Shown here piece by piece: positions 58,501-64,000 of a stretch of 64,000 nucleotides of DNA. Position 1 is the stretch's first letter. Every line of letters begins with the position of its first letter. The position numbers and the translations under genes are program-made. The stretch is from Amphiscolops sp. MND2022 (Eukaryota), in contig OZ076409.1 in the NCBI GenBank assembly GCA_964187785.1, forward strand, positions 51,212,001 through 51,276,000, written 5' to 3'. The notes beneath the pieces were generated by a model. It ran no database searches. It was not told the DNA's origin and worked only from the letters and a program-made list of their open reading frames with translations.

Positions 58501-61500
58501 TCAGTCTCATCATCATTGGCGAATGCGGCAGCCAATCAAATTTGAGCAACCTTTGACACAGAAGTACTTACCAAATTGTAACGATTTCAACATCTCCTTT
58601 CCCCTTCCACCCAACGCCCTCACCCAACACGGTACAACATTAGATTTTGATTAACAATAAACACTTCTTCTATAAATTAGAGGAAATTTTTGATCTTGTT
58701 GCGTTCACCTTGGGATGGTCTAGTAAAATATTTTGACTAAATTATTTTGAAGCTCTTATTAAAGATTATTTTTTGTGAAATTTTGCAGATTATTAGGACC
58801 ACTCTGTTCTTTCTTTCATCCCAAGCTGTGTCAACGGGCTGTTTGCAAATGAGAGACATGTTTGTTTTTATTTGACTAGAATCAATTTAAAACAAAGTTT
58901 CGCTTTGACTGGACGTATCGGAATAAACTAGGTAGTAATTTGTCCTTTCATATCAAACAAAGGAGTTTATTGTCCTGCGGCTTTTAATGCGGTGGTGTTT
59001 TGACCTCTGATGCTACATATTGGAGTTCCTTGTCCTCTGGTATTTCAAGGTAGGGGTTTTTTGTCCGCTGCTAATGAACATGCTTGAAATCCTCTGGTAT
59101 AATTCTCACTAGCTGAATGCCACTAAAAACCGAATTGGCAATGCATCTATGTCATTAGAAGTTATGGTAAATTTTTTGAAACATTTTAAATATACATGCT
59201 TTCCCAAGAGTTGCCTTGCCTTTTCAAGCGAGTTTGCAAAAAGTCTTGAACAAATTTCTCTTAGAGTTTTCAGATGACCTGTAAAGTGATTGGCACTATA
59301 GGGAACTAATTGTTCCAAAGAAAAAGTTCCTGCTGCTTCTACAACTTACTACAAAACTCATACCAAAATATGTAATTTGGATCTTTACTGTTGATCCCCC
59401 AAACAGTAAGTGGTGACATATTTGTACAAAATTCATGAACAACAACTCTTTACAGAAACTATACAAGTTCAGATACAGCTCTAGAAAAGATATATTTTGG
59501 ACGTTTGTCACGCGTATTTAGGAATTGATATATGTTTGACACGCGTAATCTCAAGTTAGTGGTAATCATATTTACATATATACATCCTTCTAAAACCACA
59601 AGGATCTTTATTCATACTGCCGCGTGACCAACGTCAAAAAACTCTCGATCAATTTCAGACATTTAGAAACCTAGCTAATATTTTTAAAAACTATATCGGA
59701 ACAGTTCAACAGTTAGTTCAGAAAGCAAAAGTGGAAAACAGTAAATCCAATTTAGATTTATTCACAGATAAAGGGTCTTTTAATTAATTGTACAAAATTA
59801 TGATAAAAAAATGAAACAAATTATTTTTACACTCAATTGAAAAATAATTCACGGAATTTTTTTCAAAATGTGGTCTCCCGTATGTGTGGCGGGGTTGGTT
59901 TAAAAGTGTGAAATCATTGGCAAATGAGGCAGCTAATCAAATTTGGGCATGTCATTTTTCATTAAGTACCAGCAAGATTTGTTTCTTTATCGAGCTTTAT
60001 TGAAAACGTTATACAGAATGAAAATGCTTTTAATAAACTAGTCTATGAAAAATTTACTTCATTAGTTAGATTTATCCGCTGTTATTGCAGGCGATTTATT
60101 GAGGTTGGGAAACATCTTTGAATTTTACCAGAATTTAATTTTAAACAACCTTGTGAAAAATTACAAAAAAACATGTCATTTTGCATTTTGATTTCGGGGT
60201 GGGGGGCGTCTTTGATTCTTATTATCCCCTGAGATACACATTGTTACGAAACAAACCCCCAAACACTGAAGAACAGTTTTTCTAGCAAAATATTCGACTC
60301 ATATGGAATATGATCATCAATGAAAATGTTCTTTCGTGTTGGGAGCAATACAAAACAAGATTTATCTGGGAGAAATAAAAATAATGCATTTTAGGTAACA
60401 ATTTTCGCGCAACACTGTATACCTGTTGCCATTAGCATGCCTGGCGTGAATACCATTGCTGCCATTGGTGTATGATATGTGAACTTTCACTTTGAACCCA
60501 AGTGCATAGGTTTGCGGAGGAGGAGGATCCTGAGGAGGAGTAATTAATCATCTAATTTGTCGTAGGCAGAAAACTGCAAGCAGTATAAATACTGTACCAC
60601 ATTCAATTTCTTATGCATCAATTTTGTGTGCGATAATTGGCTTGACTGGCTTAATTAACGACGAGGCGCCATAATAATGCAATAACATCCAGGGTGTAAA
60701 TTGTCTGGTGGTATTTGGTAGAAAACTTGTGCTAAAATACAACTGTGGGGTTATTTGGCACTGCGGTATATAATAATAATAATGATAATTTATAGAAATT
60801 GGAATGTGCCCTTCCAGCACTATTTGTTCCTTCCTTGATATCTGAATATTTTTGCTTCCAGAATTTGTGACTCCGCTTTAATTTCGCCGCCATTTTTGAG
60901 TGTCATACTTTTTACTTCAAATTCTAACTTCACAATTCGAGAGTTGACTAATTGCTCACGCCGACGTGCCTTCGTCGATGAAAATGTCAGCTAAACTTTC
61001 AGTTTATTGCAATTTTGAGACTCAAACAGGAAATGGGATTGTCTGAACAAAACAATTGCAACAAAATGTGACGAAGTGCGACGCAACTAGGAATTTTGAT
61101 ACCTGATTATATGATGCGGGAATGAAATAATCTGAATTATTGGGGAATTTTTGTGAGCGAACCCGATCTTTATTGATACCTAGGTATTTTTAGGTGAGGA
61201 ACAAATGATGCTGGAAAGGTATAAATGTGTTGAACTCACATGGAAAATTAGTTTCTCTTTTGCTGTTCTGTACTTAACTGTTCCGTTTCTCCATCGTAAA
61301 AAACCGAAAACATCTTCCAAGAATTCACTTCTTTCCGAGGACTCTATTATCCAACCTAAAAACGACAACTAGAAGTCAGAAGAGAAAGGCTGTAGCTGAG
61401 TTTGTTTCTGGAGAGTTTGAGGCTTCTGTAGCTGATAATAAACAACCCGAAAACCTAGTAGCAGGTCCCTGTAAAACTCTTAGAGTTGAGCCAGAAAACT

Positions 61501-64000
61501 TGGACGAAATAAAAACGTCGTTGAGAAACGAAATCATGTCCGATTTAACAAAAACATTAGCTGAAAATCAAAAGGAAATGCTAAAACTCATAGCTCCTTT
61601 GAATAGAAAACTCCCACTTCACCTGAATGAGCGAGATTCTGATTCTGAGTTTGAAAACATCTCCGTAGCCAGAACGTCATAACCTGTGAAATCAAACACA
61701 GCTGAATAAAATACTACTCCAGTAAACAGTCGTAACAACGTCGTCCAACGTTTCTTTGAATAACGATTCTATATGAGTAGGCATATATACGTATACCGCT
61801 TATGCGTAATTACTCATATTTCTTGAAATTCCTGGACATTTGTAGAGTCATGTAACTTCGAATTTGTATGCTATGAATGGATTTACATCATTTGAGGTAT
61901 TTCTAATTAAACTTAATTGGAAAAAAGTATTCTTCGAAAAGACTGTCATGAAAAATGTTTAATACTTAATAACTAGTGCAGTTATTGATTTTTTTCACTT
62001 TTGAAGTAATTCTCACCCAAACTATTTGTCTAATAACCCTAACACAATCTTTTTTCTCTACTAACCTTACCGCAATAACCCTACCGCAAAACATTTCATT
62101 TCTTTGTCAACATTTTCACTTCCTTTTCCTGCTGGAATTTACAATCGGATTGAATAAATTCATATTTTCCTATCAAGCACTATGTTTTCGCGCAAGAACA
62201 ATGGGAAATAGAAGAAATGGAGATCAGGGCGGTTAGAAACACCGTCCCCTGAGATGGAGGTAAACAGAATTCAAACGGAAACATCGAATACAGGTAATAT
62301 AACTTTGACTAGTGGTATTTCTTAAAATCCGGAGGACATAGGTAGATGTATCTCAGAATCTCAATTGAACGAAGCCAGTTTGGTCAGCAATGAGATACAG
62401 GTTTGGAACCAAATCTTAGAAAAGAACAAAGATAGAATTGCAAAGATGCAAGAGGGAATCGAAAACAAGTTTGAATCGATACTGAAGGAACTTATGTCTA
62501 GTAAAAATAAGTCCACCATAACTAACCCCAAATCAGAAATCAATGATACCCATAATCCACAGCCGTCGGGATCAAAGGTCAATACGTCTACTGAACTTCA
62601 CGCAACTAGTAATATACTCTTAGACTCGGATGAAGATGATCATCCTCTCAGAGCTTCAGATATAGCGAGTTGAGAAACCCTGCAAACCGTTTTGGCAAAA
62701 TGGGTCAAATGTAGATAGATTCGGAAGAAGACTCCGAGGAGGATGATTATCACAGATCAAAAACAACAAAATTGTCTTTCAAGTTGAAAATGTTTGGGAA
62801 GTTTTGTAGACGACTGCTAGTCCACATTTAGTTCGATAGTGGCGCTCCTGGCTGGTGGCAGGGGGTGTTGTTGTTTCCTGCTGGGTGATCGTAACGAGTA
62901 ACATCGGAAGCAGTCGCATGAGGCACTCAAAAGAGAAGTTTTTCAAGTTTGCCCATTGAATTCAAAATATTCTGAAAAAAATCTATTGGGGAACAGTTTT
63001 CTAGAAAAACATTATTCAGAAGACGAACATCTTTTTGGTAGAACACAAACGTTCTTAAATATGGAACTAATTTAATCACCTCTACCATGAAGAAGGATGT
63101 CAAAAACCTAGAATCCAATGACAAAATATTCTTGCAATTGACCAAAAGACCTCTGCTCATGAATATTGATTTCTTGTCAGAAGAACAATACAGCTAGCCA
63201 GAATGTTGTTCGATGAGAAGGAGGCTTTCGATAACTTTTATAAAACGTTTGCGACGTCGAAATTTCTGGAAAATATGATAGTGGGTTTAAAATGTAATGT
63301 AAACATAGATTCATATGAAGATGATCATTCTCTCAGAGCTTCAGATATGAACGAGTTGAGATACCCTGTCAAACCGTTTTGCCAAACTAGGTTGAAATTA
63401 GACGAAACAATAGTTTCAGAAGAAGACTACGCGGAGGAGAGTATATTACATGGTGATAGGTCCCAATCTACAACTCCAAAGACAGAGCTCCCAAAACCCT
63501 CAGTCTTTAAATGACACAACAGGATCCCACGCTGACAAAATACGTCAACACTGACAAGAAACCCACTTGATTCAGTCAACATCCCAATAGCAATAGAAAA
63601 ACTGGCAAACAAAAATCCTCAAAAATTTCTTTTTCACCCGAAAATTACACAAACTTTCAATGGAGAAAACGAGAAAAACGAGAAAGCTGAGTGTTCCGAA
63701 GCTTTAATCCTTACAACACTTCGAATGCAACGAAACCTAACTGAGGAAGTGAAAACTAACCACTTTCATGCACACTTCAGGGGTTTGGCTTTTAAAACAT
63801 TCAAAAATATACAAAGAACTTTGGAAAACATCCTCACAGTTTTTCGCAGGAAATACGTAAAACCGGAGTCTAGTGCATCGGTTAAGCACAGCTTCTCAAT
63901 GAACTTTTCTTTGATCCTGAAAATCAAAAAATCCCTGACTTTGTAAAGGAATTTCAAGAAAGTGAAGTAAAAGTGTTTGGGGACAATGCAATTCAAATGA
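55578..64000 (+). repeat. Tandem segmental duplication, unit 2 (runs off the window)
   Basis: Collinear with 46767-55395. Confidence 0.95.
56205..61737 (+). mobile_element. Second copy of the expanded family-A LTR
   Basis: Start (T)GTCGCGACCCGCTCCCGG with a small PPT-junction deletion; end CCAGTAAACAGTCGTAACA. Confidence 0.72.

Overview
AT-rich eukaryotic (probably invertebrate) DNA that is almost entirely nested, decayed transposable elements. I found no intact long ORF, rRNA, functional tRNA or CRISPR array. The repeat families remind me of acoel/xenacoelomorph genomes, but I cannot verify the taxon. Left to right: a possible host exon (2.4-2.6 kb); LINE and Ty1/Copia relics (3.2-9.4 kb); a complete Tc1/IS630-type element with TIRs and TA TSD (9418-10722); two hAT relics, each interrupted by a TSD-flanked solo LTR (13447-14859, 19230-20741); a tRNA-derived SINE; minus-strand Ty3/Gypsy pieces (21-36.8 kb) carrying antisense accessory ORFs; a plus-strand Gypsy element (36.8-45.9 kb); and a ~8.7 kb tandem duplication of a Gypsy/LTR mosaic (46.8-55.5 kb and 55.6 kb to the window end). 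The most striking structure is the 3' cargo of the plus-strand element: an SGNH-like ORF, then an antisense ORF bracketed by two co-oriented ~32-bp-period arrays sharing an ATGCGG-N4-ATGCGGA motif with variable spacers. This could be an element-encoded protein plus its own binding-site arrays (inference). Family and domain calls come from manual motif recognition in my own translations; identity values are visual estimates; most boundaries are approximate unless TSD/TIR positions are given.
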